Part shown: piece by piece, positions 1 through 9,000 of the stretch | How the letters are laid out: each line of letters opens with the position of its first letter | How positions within the stretch are numbered: position 1 is the stretch's first letter | Origin: a virus | Taxonomy: Duplodnaviria; Caudoviricetes | Reading direction: 5' to 3' (one strand) | Length of the DNA stretch: 64,000 nt | Virus record (IMG/VR): IMGVR_UViG_3300029288_000007 | Coordinates: 1 to 64,000 of that record | Notes under the pieces: generated by a model | Database searches by the model: none | What the model was told of the DNA's origin: nothing | Seen by the model: the letters and a program-made list of their open reading frames with translations, nothing else | Made by a program: the position numbers and the translations under genes

Positions 1-367
1 CAGAACCACCAGCGTCACCGGCGTCATTTCCGGAAGTACTACCACCACCGCCTCCGCCGCCAGTTGATTCGACCTCTTGTGCTCCGCCATCATCTAATGC
101 AGAATTTCCACCTTTACCGCCGGGATAATTACCAGCCGCACCACCTCCACCGACTGTGATTGTTTTATTGCCTGTCGTTATGGTTAATGTGCCTTGCTTG
201 AGACCGCCAGCACCACCACCACCACCCTGATTTCTGCCGCCTCCACCACCACCGGCAACTACTAAATACTCAATATCACCACCTTCAGTTACGGTCAGCG
301 TTCCTGTGCAAGTAAAAGTATGATATTTGTAATTTCCAACGGTGGTTTCAGTGCCACCACTTGCCAT
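1..367 (-). CDS. Glycine-rich virion/tail-fibre-associated protein (N-terminal part, runs off the window)
   Basis: Own translation from ATG at 367: MASGGTETTVGNYKYHTFTCTGTLTVTEGGDIEYLVVAGGGGGG...; the HTF...YLVVAGGGGGG pattern is typical of phage Gly-rich domains; absent from the ORF track. Confidence 0.8.
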   Translation of the reverse strand, partial: MASGGTETTVGNYKYHTFTCTGTLTVTEGGDIEYLVVAGGGGGGRNQGGGGGAGGLKQGTLTITTGNKTITVGGGGAAGNYPGGKGGNSALDDGGAQEVESTGGGGGGGSTSGNDAGDAGGS

Positions 368-369
368 CG

Positions 370-882
370 TCATATCTTATCCTCAGATGATAATTGTATC
401 CACGCTTGCTTTTCTTCGTCCCATTGGTACATGCCCTTTCCGGGGAACGGAACCGGCGCTTCCCATCGGCATGTTTCTTTATTTAAAGTCCATGACTTGA
501 ACGGCTGCGGAGGAATGAAGGCATCAAGCGCCTTATCGTAAAAATATCCGACACCTGCATAGTTCTTCCTGATTTTTCCGTTATAGGAAGTCTGCACAAA
601 TATTCTGTGACTGCCCAATAATTTTCGGCAGTAGGCAATGCCTGTGTCCTCAGACTCCCATGATACTTCTTTCACTTCTTTTGCAAGGGGAATATATTCC
701 TTGCTGCCGACTTTCCCAAAAGATTCTTTGGTAATAACTGATGCTGTTATCATATTCCCACTGATTAATTTAACATCAGGAGGTTTTTCAAATTTAATAT
801 TTGGATTAAGGCATCGAATATTGTCAACAACGATTACCCTTACCACAATATTATTTTCATCAATCTCGGCAAAGTGGGCCAT
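370..882 (-). CDS. Conserved phage protein that usually accompanies Gly-rich fibre proteins
   Basis: MAHFAEIDENNIV...QTSYN..IRKNYAGVGY.YD..LDAFIPPQPF.SW.LN..TCRWEAPVP motifs. Confidence 0.75.
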   Translation of the reverse strand: MAHFAEIDENNIVVRVIVVDNIRCLNPNIKFEKPPDVKLISGNMITASVITKESFGKVGSKEYIPLAKEVKEVSWESEDTGIAYCRKLLGSHRIFVQTSYNGKIRKNYAGVGYFYDKALDAFIPPQPFKSWTLNKETCRWEAPVPFPGKGMYQWDEEKQAWIQLSSEDKI

Positions 883-888
883 TACTGT

Positions 889-1185
889 TTACCTTGTCAA
901 TTTTGTTCCTTGTTTTGGAGTTTTTGGTTCTTTGCCTGTTTTCGACAATACTGCCTTTTCGCTCTCGTTTGAAGGTTCCACGCTGGAATCCTTGTTTTCA
1001 TCCGAAGGAATGGTAATTCCAACTGCGGCTTCTCCTTCTACTTTCTGCGGGATTGCCGGCTCCGGAACTCCGGGAGGATTTTTCAAATAACGGCCACTCT
1101 TTAAAGCAGTTCTTGCATCGACCTGATGAATAAAACCAACCTGTTTTCCTGTTTCTCTTTCATAAACAAAATATTTACCTTTCAT
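889..1185 (-). CDS. Hypothetical virion-module protein
   Basis: 98-aa ORF with GGAGG SD; low-complexity C-terminus. Confidence 0.6.
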   Translation of the reverse strand: MKGKYFVYERETGKQVGFIHQVDARTALKSGRYLKNPPGVPEPAIPQKVEGEAAVGITIPSDENKDSSVEPSNESEKAVLSKTGKEPKTPKQGTKLTR

Positions 1186-1208
1186 GATTCTTTCCTCCGT
1201 GAATTTAA

Positions 1209-2423
1209 TTATACGTTTAATGTTGCAAGTCTGTTTTGATTTCCTTCTTCTTGAAGTTTCTTATCAGCAACAAACTTAATTGGTACATTTGAATCCTTTA
1301 ATGAAGATTCTAAATCTTGCATTACTCCATTTTTAAATGGTTCAGAAACTTGAGAAAAATATTTTACCATTTCTTTAAGGGCCGCGCTTCCCTCTGACAA
1401 TTGAGCAATCGCCAAACGAGAATAAACTATTACAAGAGCCTCTGGCCGCAAAGAAAAAACAAATCTATTTTTCTTGTTCATTGGGTTTTCTTCAAATTTC
1501 TTGTATAACTCAATAAAATCCTTCGCTGCAGAAACTTGTAAAAAATAATCGTTTGTCCAAATTCCATATTCCAAGGCAGCCATCGCCATATCGAGGTCGC
1601 CAGGTAATTTATTGAGCCCATTCTGCAACCAAACTTGGGATTTCTCTTTATCTCCAATTTTCATGTATTGTTTGACCATCGTGAAATAAATTGTAACATT
1701 AAAATGGTCTTCCTGAATTTCCCCTTTCAAATACGCCTCTATATATTTTTCTCCCCAAATAACAGCGTCCAAAGGCGTTTTGTTTTCTGCGAATAATTGG
1801 CAAAGATAAAAATATGGAAGACCATCTTTTGTCTCGCCTTTCTCGACTTGTTTCAGCAACAATCCTTTCGTTCTTTCAAACTTCTTTACTTTTTGTTCCG
1901 GAGTCAAATCATATCCATAATGATTGACATGAATGTTCTCTGCAAAGACAGCACAACCTTTTACTTGCGGTTGGTTATGAACAATGCCTTCGTAATGAAC
2001 AGTTCCTTTTCGGAAAAATCTTGTGGTATTGAATTGCATAACAGACATTCCTTTTTGAATATCCTTTAATAGAATGGCTGCTGCTGGGTATTTTTTATCC
2101 GCTCTTTGTAAAAAAGTTCTGAAGTTGTTCGGGGTTGACCCCGGGGCCAGAACTATTTCTTCATCTGCATCCACAATTAAAATCCAATCCCCTTTGGCAT
2201 ATGAAATTGATTGATTTCGATGAAGAGAAAAGTCATTTTGCCAAGGGTGCTGGTAAACACGCGCTCCGTATTCTTTTGCAATTTCAACGGTTCTATCAAT
2301 TGAGCCCGTATCTACCAGCACAACCTCGTCAACGATACCTTTCAACGATTGAAGACACCGTCCGATATTATGCTCTTCATCCCTAACCATAAGGCACGCT
2401 GATAACAGAATCCCGGTTCCCAT
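1209..2423 (-). CDS. Family-2 glycosyltransferase with TPR-like C-terminus
   Basis: LSACLMVRDEE, VDTGS.DRT, W.NDFS..RN, VDADE (DxD), H.GY motifs; start moved to MGTGILL at 2423 to avoid overlapping the upstream gene. Confidence 0.9.
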   Translation of the reverse strand: MGTGILLSACLMVRDEEHNIGRCLQSLKGIVDEVVLVDTGSIDRTVEIAKEYGARVYQHPWQNDFSLHRNQSISYAKGDWILIVDADEEIVLAPGSTPNNFRTFLQRADKKYPAAAILLKDIQKGMSVMQFNTTRFFRKGTVHYEGIVHNQPQVKGCAVFAENIHVNHYGYDLTPEQKVKKFERTKGLLLKQVEKGETKDGLPYFYLCQLFAENKTPLDAVIWGEKYIEAYLKGEIQEDHFNVTIYFTMVKQYMKIGDKEKSQVWLQNGLNKLPGDLDMAMAALEYGIWTNDYFLQVSAAKDFIELYKKFEENPMNKKNRFVFSLRPEALVIVYSRLAIAQLSEGSAALKEMVKYFSQVSEPFKNGVMQDLESSLKDSNVPIKFVADKKLQEEGNQNRLATLNV

Positions 2424-2436
2424 AATCAGTGACCCC

Positions 2437-2907
2437 TTATCGTTTGGAGATATAGGCAGAAAAATCAATATCGGCCTCGTTAACGGTTCCACCGAAGGTT
2501 GTATAAACCCTCAGATATCTGTAAATTGTTCCGTTGATATCATTGTGGAACGGTTTCATATAACGGCCAGAATCGAAAGAAGCAACCGTGCTATCTCCAC
2601 CCAGTCTGGTATGGGAAAACGCATTGTTCTGCCCGAAGCGGAAACTGGCCAGTCTGGTGAAGGTTGTGAATGTGCTGGTTGTGGAACCTTCCAGCGCAAT
2701 TTCAATTACATGACATGAAGCCGCAGCAGCCATGCCGGTAACTGAAGCAACGTCAACAACAAACATACCTTCTGTGTATCCGCCGCCCGTATCAAAAACC
2801 TTCGCAACGCCATCGATTGTTCCCGCTGCAGAAGCTGCAATAACAGCTGAACCGCATTCAGCGAGCTTGCACTCTTCATCAATTATCACTTTTCTATTAT
2901 CCAACAT
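2437..2907 (-). CDS. Capsid cement/decoration protein (BPP-1 Bbp16-like)
   Basis: Directly downstream of MCP; 156 aa, beta-rich, C-terminal YRYLRVYTT.GGT motif. Confidence 0.7.
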   Translation of the reverse strand: MLDNRKVIIDEECKLAECGSAVIAASAAGTIDGVAKVFDTGGGYTEGMFVVDVASVTGMAAAASCHVIEIALEGSTTSTFTTFTRLASFRFGQNNAFSHTRLGGDSTVASFDSGRYMKPFHNDINGTIYRYLRVYTTFGGTVNEADIDFSAYISKR

Positions 2908-2977
2908 CGCAGTTACCTCCTTGTAACTTTTTTGTTAAATTAAATTTTTAAAAACCTTCAATTCACTCTTTCAACGA

Positions 2978-3913
2978 TTAAGCAGTAACTGTCGTGTTGG
3001 GAACACCATACAGACGGGCAGCTGCTCTGGGACGCAGAATGGCCAGCGTGACGTACCATTCAACTCGGGTACGATAAACAGGTTTACTCTGCTGTTCACC
3101 AAGATCGCGGACATCCATTTCGCCGTTCTGTAAACCCATCACTCCGTTTTCAGAGAAAGAGACGCAATAAATAGATGTTTGCGAATCGCCAGACCCGGGG
3201 CCGGTTTCGTTGAAGGCCAGAATGTCCTGATTATCCTCATCCTTGTCGACGATAAGAATGGGGATATCGTTGTATTTGGTCACCCGGCGTCCAAAGGCAT
3301 CCAGGTCATATGTGATATATCCACCAACGCTGGAGTTGCGGGCCGCCGCTGAAAGCAGTCGTCTCATGGTTTTATTCATGATAAGATGCGTGGGGTCTTC
3401 AACCGCGTCAATCAACTCGTCCAGCTTATGTAAGCTGAGGGGATCTGATGTAGCTGCGGTTGTACCGGTTGAAATAAGCTGGTCGCCGGTGCAACGAACC
3501 TGAAGACCGTCAAATCCTTTAGCGTCAGATTCAACGTCGCCTTTGATAAACTGTTTTGTTAAATTCAAGGTCAAAGCCTTGATTTTTAACTGTTCCTGAA
3601 TGGAACGCTGATTGCCGCCGCCTGTTTTCACCAAGAAAACGTCAACGTCCAAATCTCCGCCAGCGATGGCCAGAGATTCAATAACCTTCTCCACCTCGCC
3701 GGTGCTTTCGGCGTAACCTTCATTTACCCCTCTGAAAGCAACGCCAGGAAGCATCTTTTCCCTGTCGAACTTCAGAGCATTGCCGGTGATGTTGTCGAAA
3801 GGCATATACTGCATAAGGTCAGAACCTTTCGCAAAAAGTTCCATAACAGTAGCCTTCAGAATTTCATCCCGTCCCAACGCGATTTTTGCTGACTCAATCA
3901 ATGTTAAAGCCAT
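2978..3913 (-). CDS. Major capsid protein (HK97 fold, BPP-1 Bbp17-like)
   Basis: MALTLIE.AK, P.VAFRGVNEGY.ESTG, GGDLDVD, LDELID, AAARL.GV motifs; follows the scaffold gene. Confidence 0.92.
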   Translation of the reverse strand: MALTLIESAKIALGRDEILKATVMELFAKGSDLMQYMPFDNITGNALKFDREKMLPGVAFRGVNEGYAESTGEVEKVIESLAIAGGDLDVDVFLVKTGGGNQRSIQEQLKIKALTLNLTKQFIKGDVESDAKGFDGLQVRCTGDQLISTGTTAATSDPLSLHKLDELIDAVEDPTHLIMNKTMRRLLSAAARNSSVGGYITYDLDAFGRRVTKYNDIPILIVDKDEDNQDILAFNETGPGSGDSQTSIYCVSFSENGVMGLQNGEMDVRDLGEQQSKPVYRTRVEWYVTLAILRPRAAARLYGVPNTTVTA

Positions 3914-3963
3914 CTTTCAAATCCTCCATTAATTTGATTTTTTTGTTTTAGCTTGCCAGAAAC

Positions 3964-4023
3964 AAAAAAATCCCGGCAAGAAATAACTCCCTCTTTCAAG
4001 GTAATTAAATCCCACCGGGATTT
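3964..4023 (-). terminator. Long hairpin plus U-tract in the MCP leader (terminator/attenuator-like)
   Basis: Inverted repeat aaatcccgg (3968-3976)/ccgggattt (4015-4023), followed on the minus strand by a T-run. Confidence 0.55.
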
Positions 4024-4158
4024 CGTTCTACAACACCGTTGCTAAACTAATTGTGTGTTTTGCTTTGGCTCACCGAGCCGGTACAACCCTCCAATTTTGT
4101 TTTGCTATAATTTAATCGGTTGTTAAGGTCACCGGCCTCTCCAACCCTTCTTACTCAT

Positions 4159-4947
4159 TTACTTTGCTATCGACGAAGCATTATCTCCGCCATGAATTCT
4201 TGTCAACCGCTCCGACGCAGGCAAATCCTTCAGGGCCTGATTGACTCCAGTTTTTTTCTTGTCTTTATCTCCTCCGTTTGCTCCTCCTCCGCTGCTGGAT
4301 TCAAACAAGAAAGGAGCCGTTTCCAAAAGAACTTGAGCCCATTCATCAAACGACATTTGTTCCTTGCCGTCTTTGCTGAACAGGATGCGGTCACCATCCT
4401 TGGGAACAGGCTTGCCGTCTTCCAATCTCCAAATTCTTTTTCCCCGGGCGATAATGTCCTGCATGGCATCCTTGCGGACTCCGCCAATTGCAGTAACCGC
4501 TTTCGTGATTTCAGAATCAATAAGAACTTCTGAAAGTCTGGCATTGGTTTTATCCAATTCCGAAACTTTGTCATCGTAAGCTTTCTTTTGGGCCTTGATT
4601 TGATTTTCAAAATCGATGCGCATCCGTTCTGTTTTCTGGGCAACCAATTCATCAAGTTTGCCCGCCTCGATTAATTTCTTGTCATCGATTTCCTGAAGCT
4701 TTTTCTTCATTTCGGCCAGTTTTTCCGGGTTTGTATCGCCATACTTATCAATTTGTTCTTTGAGCGTCTTCGCCTCATTCATCAACTTGATATTGTTTTC
4801 CCGAAATTCCTTGAGTTTTGCAGCCGATGCAGAATCTTCTTCTGCGTCCAAAACCCATTTCCCATCTGCGCCTTGTTTGTAAAATGGTTTGATATTGTCT
4901 TCTAATTTATCATACTCTTCTTTTGTGACTACATACTTTAGTGCCAT
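4159..4947 (-). CDS. Capsid scaffolding protein
   Basis: Coiled-coil, charged; MALK....EEY..L....K.FY N-terminus and APFLF..SSGGGA C-terminus; directly upstream of MCP. Confidence 0.85.
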   Translation of the reverse strand: MALKYVVTKEEYDKLEDNIKPFYKQGADGKWVLDAEEDSASAAKLKEFRENNIKLMNEAKTLKEQIDKYGDTNPEKLAEMKKKLQEIDDKKLIEAGKLDELVAQKTERMRIDFENQIKAQKKAYDDKVSELDKTNARLSEVLIDSEITKAVTAIGGVRKDAMQDIIARGKRIWRLEDGKPVPKDGDRILFSKDGKEQMSFDEWAQVLLETAPFLFESSSGGGANGGDKDKKKTGVNQALKDLPASERLTRIHGGDNASSIAK

Positions 4948-5006
4948 AAATCAAATGCCTCCTCCCGGTTGATGATTTATGGTATAAAGGATTTTTTTGC
5001 AGATTA

Positions 5007-5019
5007 AAAGATATTTTTT
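5007..5019 (-). promoter_or_regulatory. Motif-2 copy (AAAAAATATCTTT) upstream of scaffold/MCP
   Basis: Same 13-mer at 33061-33073 and 63468-63480; partial copy at 18758-18766. Confidence 0.45.
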
Positions 5020-5026
5020 TTGCAAT

Positions 5027-5608
5027 TTATAGATTTTTCTTAGATTTTCTTAAATCTCGGAGTCTTTTCTTTGATTTTCTCAATTTTGATTTCTCTGAAT
5101 AATTATGCCAATGGCCTTTGCGGTCAAAATAACCATTATTGTAATGCCAAATTCCTCCCTCGTCAAAATGACCATTAAATCTTTCGGGAAAATCTCGGTC
5201 TGTATCTTTAAATTTTCTTAAATCAAGAACGTTATTATTAAAGTAAGTCCTCTCATCATAAAATCTTGATAAGGTTTGACGAGAAATTCTTAATAAATTG
5301 CACCAAACATCAGAATAAATTCTAGAACGTTCCGCGTTTTGGAGTTGAATCTCATGTTTGAAATTATCGTAATTTATATCTTCTGTCAATACTTTCAAAT
5401 ATTCCGACCACGTCCCTTTTGATACTTCAACGCGATACTCATAATCTGTTCCTGCCGCCATTAATATTTCGGTTCGCGGCAATCCGACTTCCCTCAAAAA
5501 ATTCAAAAGGTCTTTCTTGTCTCTGCTGCGAACAGTAATCATATTTGTATTTTTTTGGTGTGGTTTCTGAACCGCGCTGAAAAAACCATCTTTACTAAAA
5601 ATCCACAT
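5027..5608 (-). CDS. Conserved phage hypothetical protein
   Basis: MWIF.KDGFFS.V...VRSR...DYEYR...I.YDNFK; two GxFDxxGxWH repeats and a basic tail. Confidence 0.75.
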   Translation of the reverse strand: MWIFSKDGFFSAVQKPHQKNTNMITVRSRDKKDLLNFLREVGLPRTEILMAAGTDYEYRVEVSKGTWSEYLKVLTEDINYDNFKHEIQLQNAERSRIYSDVWCNLLRISRQTLSRFYDERTYFNNNVLDLRKFKDTDRDFPERFNGHFDEGGIWHYNNGYFDRKGHWHNYSEKSKLRKSKKRLRDLRKSKKNL

Positions 5609-5962
5609 TTACTCCACCTCTTCTTCTTTATATCCAAACCCAAAAGCAGTTTGTTTTCGCATAAATTCTTCTGTATATCCTTTTTTCTCCGCATAAGAAA
5701 ACCATTCTTTTGCATCAAACATTAATGGGTCATCTTCTTTCAATTCGGTTATTACAAAACCGTCCCCTTCTTTATTTTTAAAATCCCATTCGCCGGGCCT
5801 TTCCGAAACCAATTGGCCGATATTATGAACCGGATTCAAAGAAGCGTAATCCCATCCAACATCAAAAAAAACAAAACCCCCCGGCGTTTTAAAAATACCC
5901 GCAACAACCCTGGAGCCGCAAACATTGCCATCAATCTTTAAATATTTTTTGCTGAGAACCAT
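5609..5962 (-). CDS. Hypothetical protein, candidate immunity protein for the MuF-linked effector
   Basis: 117 aa with GAGG SD, immediately downstream of the effector ORF and preceded by promoter motif 1. Confidence 0.6.
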   Translation of the reverse strand: MVLSKKYLKIDGNVCGSRVVAGIFKTPGGFVFFDVGWDYASLNPVHNIGQLVSERPGEWDFKNKEGDGFVITELKEDDPLMFDAKEWFSYAEKKGYTEEFMRKQTAFGFGYKEEEVE

Positions 5963-5980
5963 TTTCTTTTCCTCTGGTTA

Positions 5981-5999
5981 TATTATACTCCCGAATGCA
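5981..5999 (-). promoter_or_regulatory. Promoter motif 1 (TGCATTCGGGAGTATAATA)
   Basis: 19-nt exact repeat of 60318-60336; contains the TATAAT -10 box ~20 nt upstream of ATG 5962. Confidence 0.7.
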
Positions 6000-6013
6000 A
6001 TATTTCTGCACTT

Positions 6014-9000
6014 TTATTCAGTACCGATTATCACATCTTCTAAACGCCTGCCGTCTGGCCATCGTTTATATCCATGTTCTTTAAAAATTTTAATAATTTC
6101 ATTCCTGTCATCTATTGAACAAACCCACTTATCAAAATTTGGGTCAAAAATAGATAAAGATTGTTTAAAAATAGTTTCGTTGCCAGACGAATTTGCGCAT
6201 TTTGTCCATCCTTCAACCCCGGATTTTCTAAAATCTTTAACAACATTAGCTGTTACTCGTCCGTATTTATCATGGTCATAAGAAATAGCGTCCACCCGGC
6301 TGACCAAATCGCTTTTCCAAGAAAGACCAATTCTGCCTTTAGAAACTGTTTTTAATCTAGTAAACAGATAACTGCCACCGCCAGTCCTCAAGTCTTCTTC
6401 TGGAGACATCCCTTTAAAATCTATTCCTTTTCTTGTTTTTTCAACAGAAGAAATAAGTTCCCCTCCATTATTCAAAACTTCTTTAGCAAAATTGCTTGCC
6501 TCAATATGTAAATTATGATGTAAACAATAATTTTTTCTAAACTCATCCCATTCATTCCCATCAAGGTCAGGACGATAATAATTTATTTTTCCTGTTCCAA
6601 AAGCAGTCTCGATCCCTTCTGGATTGTAATTCTTTGATTTGGTTATATCGTAACCGGCTTTTTTGGAAAGTTCCTTTTTAAGAATTTCCACTTGTTGTTC
6701 TGGAGTTCCTGAAATAGTTTTTAACAATTCGCGGCCAAACTCATCATTGCGAGAATATGTCACCTGTTTCAAATATAAAAGTTCTTTTTCTACCGCGTCT
6801 GGCCGGGTCATATTTATTTGAAGTTTATTCTCTAAAATATCAACAATTTTATCAATGTCAATCTTTCCTTCTTGGTTCGTTGTTATTCTCATCACCCCTC
6901 TGAACGCAAAAGGAACTTCCTCTTTATTTGGCCAATATTGAAATTTCACTCCGTTTATTTCTGACTCATAAAAACCCCCGGCGTGACTGCTTGCCCTTGA
7001 TAAATTTTTGTTTGTATGTTTAGCAAAACCTTTTTTAATTTCTTTTGCGACAATGTCTCCTTTCGATTTTACAAATTGAATTGTTATTTCCTTTTCCAAG
7101 TTTTCCTTTACAATTTCTTTTATTTCTCTAAATCTTGTTAAGTTGGAATGGATATAGTTTGAAGAATCATTCGCAATCTTAAATTTCTTGCCTGCTCCAG
7201 TTTTAACAACGTCCTCAAGAATTTTAATCCAAGGTTCATAATGACGTCTTAATTCTTCGATATCTGAGGCAACATATTTGGTTCTGTTGATTCCAATATT
7301 TGATAATTCATCATAATAAGTTTTGATTGCTTTTTGCGCCCGAACAATATCTTTCTCTGCCCTCAAAACCTCTCCTTTGCGGGATTGTTGAGCAATTCCT
7401 CTCATGGCTTCCAAAATTGGGTCATGAATAGTCGAACTGTTGTATGATTTAATAGAAACCCCTTCAGATGACAAAAAGTTTTCGATTTTCTTCGCTCCAT
7501 CTTTTGTTAATTTTAATTGAGCACCAACAATTGGTTTGTTTTGGTAATCTTTCTCTGTCCAAAATAGAACTTGTTGGTCTTCAATTTCCTCCTTGTCAAA
7601 ACGCAATGTTTTCCCATTTATCCTAGACGTTTTTATTGCTTCAAATTCAACATCGGCAATTCTGTCTTTCAAATCTGAAGATAAAGGGGCCGCAATATCA
7701 ACTTTAATATCTGGAAATTGCTCCTGTATATATTTCTTTCTGGCAATCAATCTTTCAGAAAGGGCCTGCCGCGTTGCAACATCGGAGGGACCAAACTCCT
7801 CGACCAAACTTCTGATTTTATCATCCGACACAGAAAGAACCTTTCTTACCCCATTTTCCAATTCTGCTTTTTTGATATTTCTAAAAACGTTCGCAGCAGA
7901 GGGATTTGTACGCCCATCTCTCATACTTTTCAATTCTGTAACAACATCCCCAAAATTTAATCCTTTTGAAGTTCCCTGTGCTCTGTACAACAACGAGCCG
8001 CCAACATCAATACGCACGGCCCGGACTCCATCTTTGATAAGTAAATTATCATAATTTAAACCAACAACGTCCCAATCTCCAAGCCAAGCATCCACTACAA
8101 AATTATCATAGATTCCCGCGCGCAATTTCCCGCTTGTCAATAACGCCTTATCTTCGCTCACTCCATCAATAATTGATGATGCAATGCTCTTTTGGCCATT
8201 GACATCAATAAATTGAAGGTCAGGGACTTCAACGCCTGCAGCTTGATATAATTTACTGGCCAGCATTTCGTTCTTTGCAATTTCCTCATTGGCTGGCGTC
8301 TTGATATAATATCTTTCCGCCAGGTTATTAACATTCTGGTAATAAGCTCCGGTATTGGACCCGGCCTGTGGCTTATACTGGACCATGTTCTTAAAATTCA
8401 ACGGCTGTGGACTATTGATGGCAGGTTGGACAATATCCGTGGCCTCAGCAACCCTATATTTGACTTTAAGTTTCCCGATCTTCGCTTCAACAGCGTTTTT
8501 TTCCCCAATCGATAATTGATTAAAGAAATCCTGTTGAGTTGAGGTTACTTTTTTCCCTTGAGCAATATTTTTTGCATATTCATTCACATTGTAACTTGAA
8601 TTCGCTTTGTATTTCGCCAATTCGTCTGCTTTTGTCAAGTCGTAAGTTTTAGGCCCGGCTTTGACTAAAGTAAGCGGTGCTTCTTTTATTGGTTTTTCTA
8701 TTGCTGCGCCAACTTTCAAATTTCCCAATTGTTTTTCCATCCATTCAATGGTAGGAAATAAATCCTCCATAACCGCGCCTTCTTCTGTTGCCCACATTTC
8801 TAAATATATTTCTTTTTTTGTCTCCGGGATTTTACTCCACAAAGTTTTTTCAGCTTCTTTTAAAGGAATAGCGCCATCGTCGCCTTCTAAAAGATGTTCT
8901 TTAATTTTTTCCCCAATGCCCTCTAAAGTTTCATGTTCTTTTTCTGTCAAGGCAGGGTCTTTAACAATTTTAAAATTATTCAACCAATCCACAACCCCGT

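Noticed and set aside
1-3913. Diversity-generating retroelement, suggested by the BPP-1-like capsid genes
   Set aside because: No reverse transcriptase or TR/VR repeat pair is visible in the window
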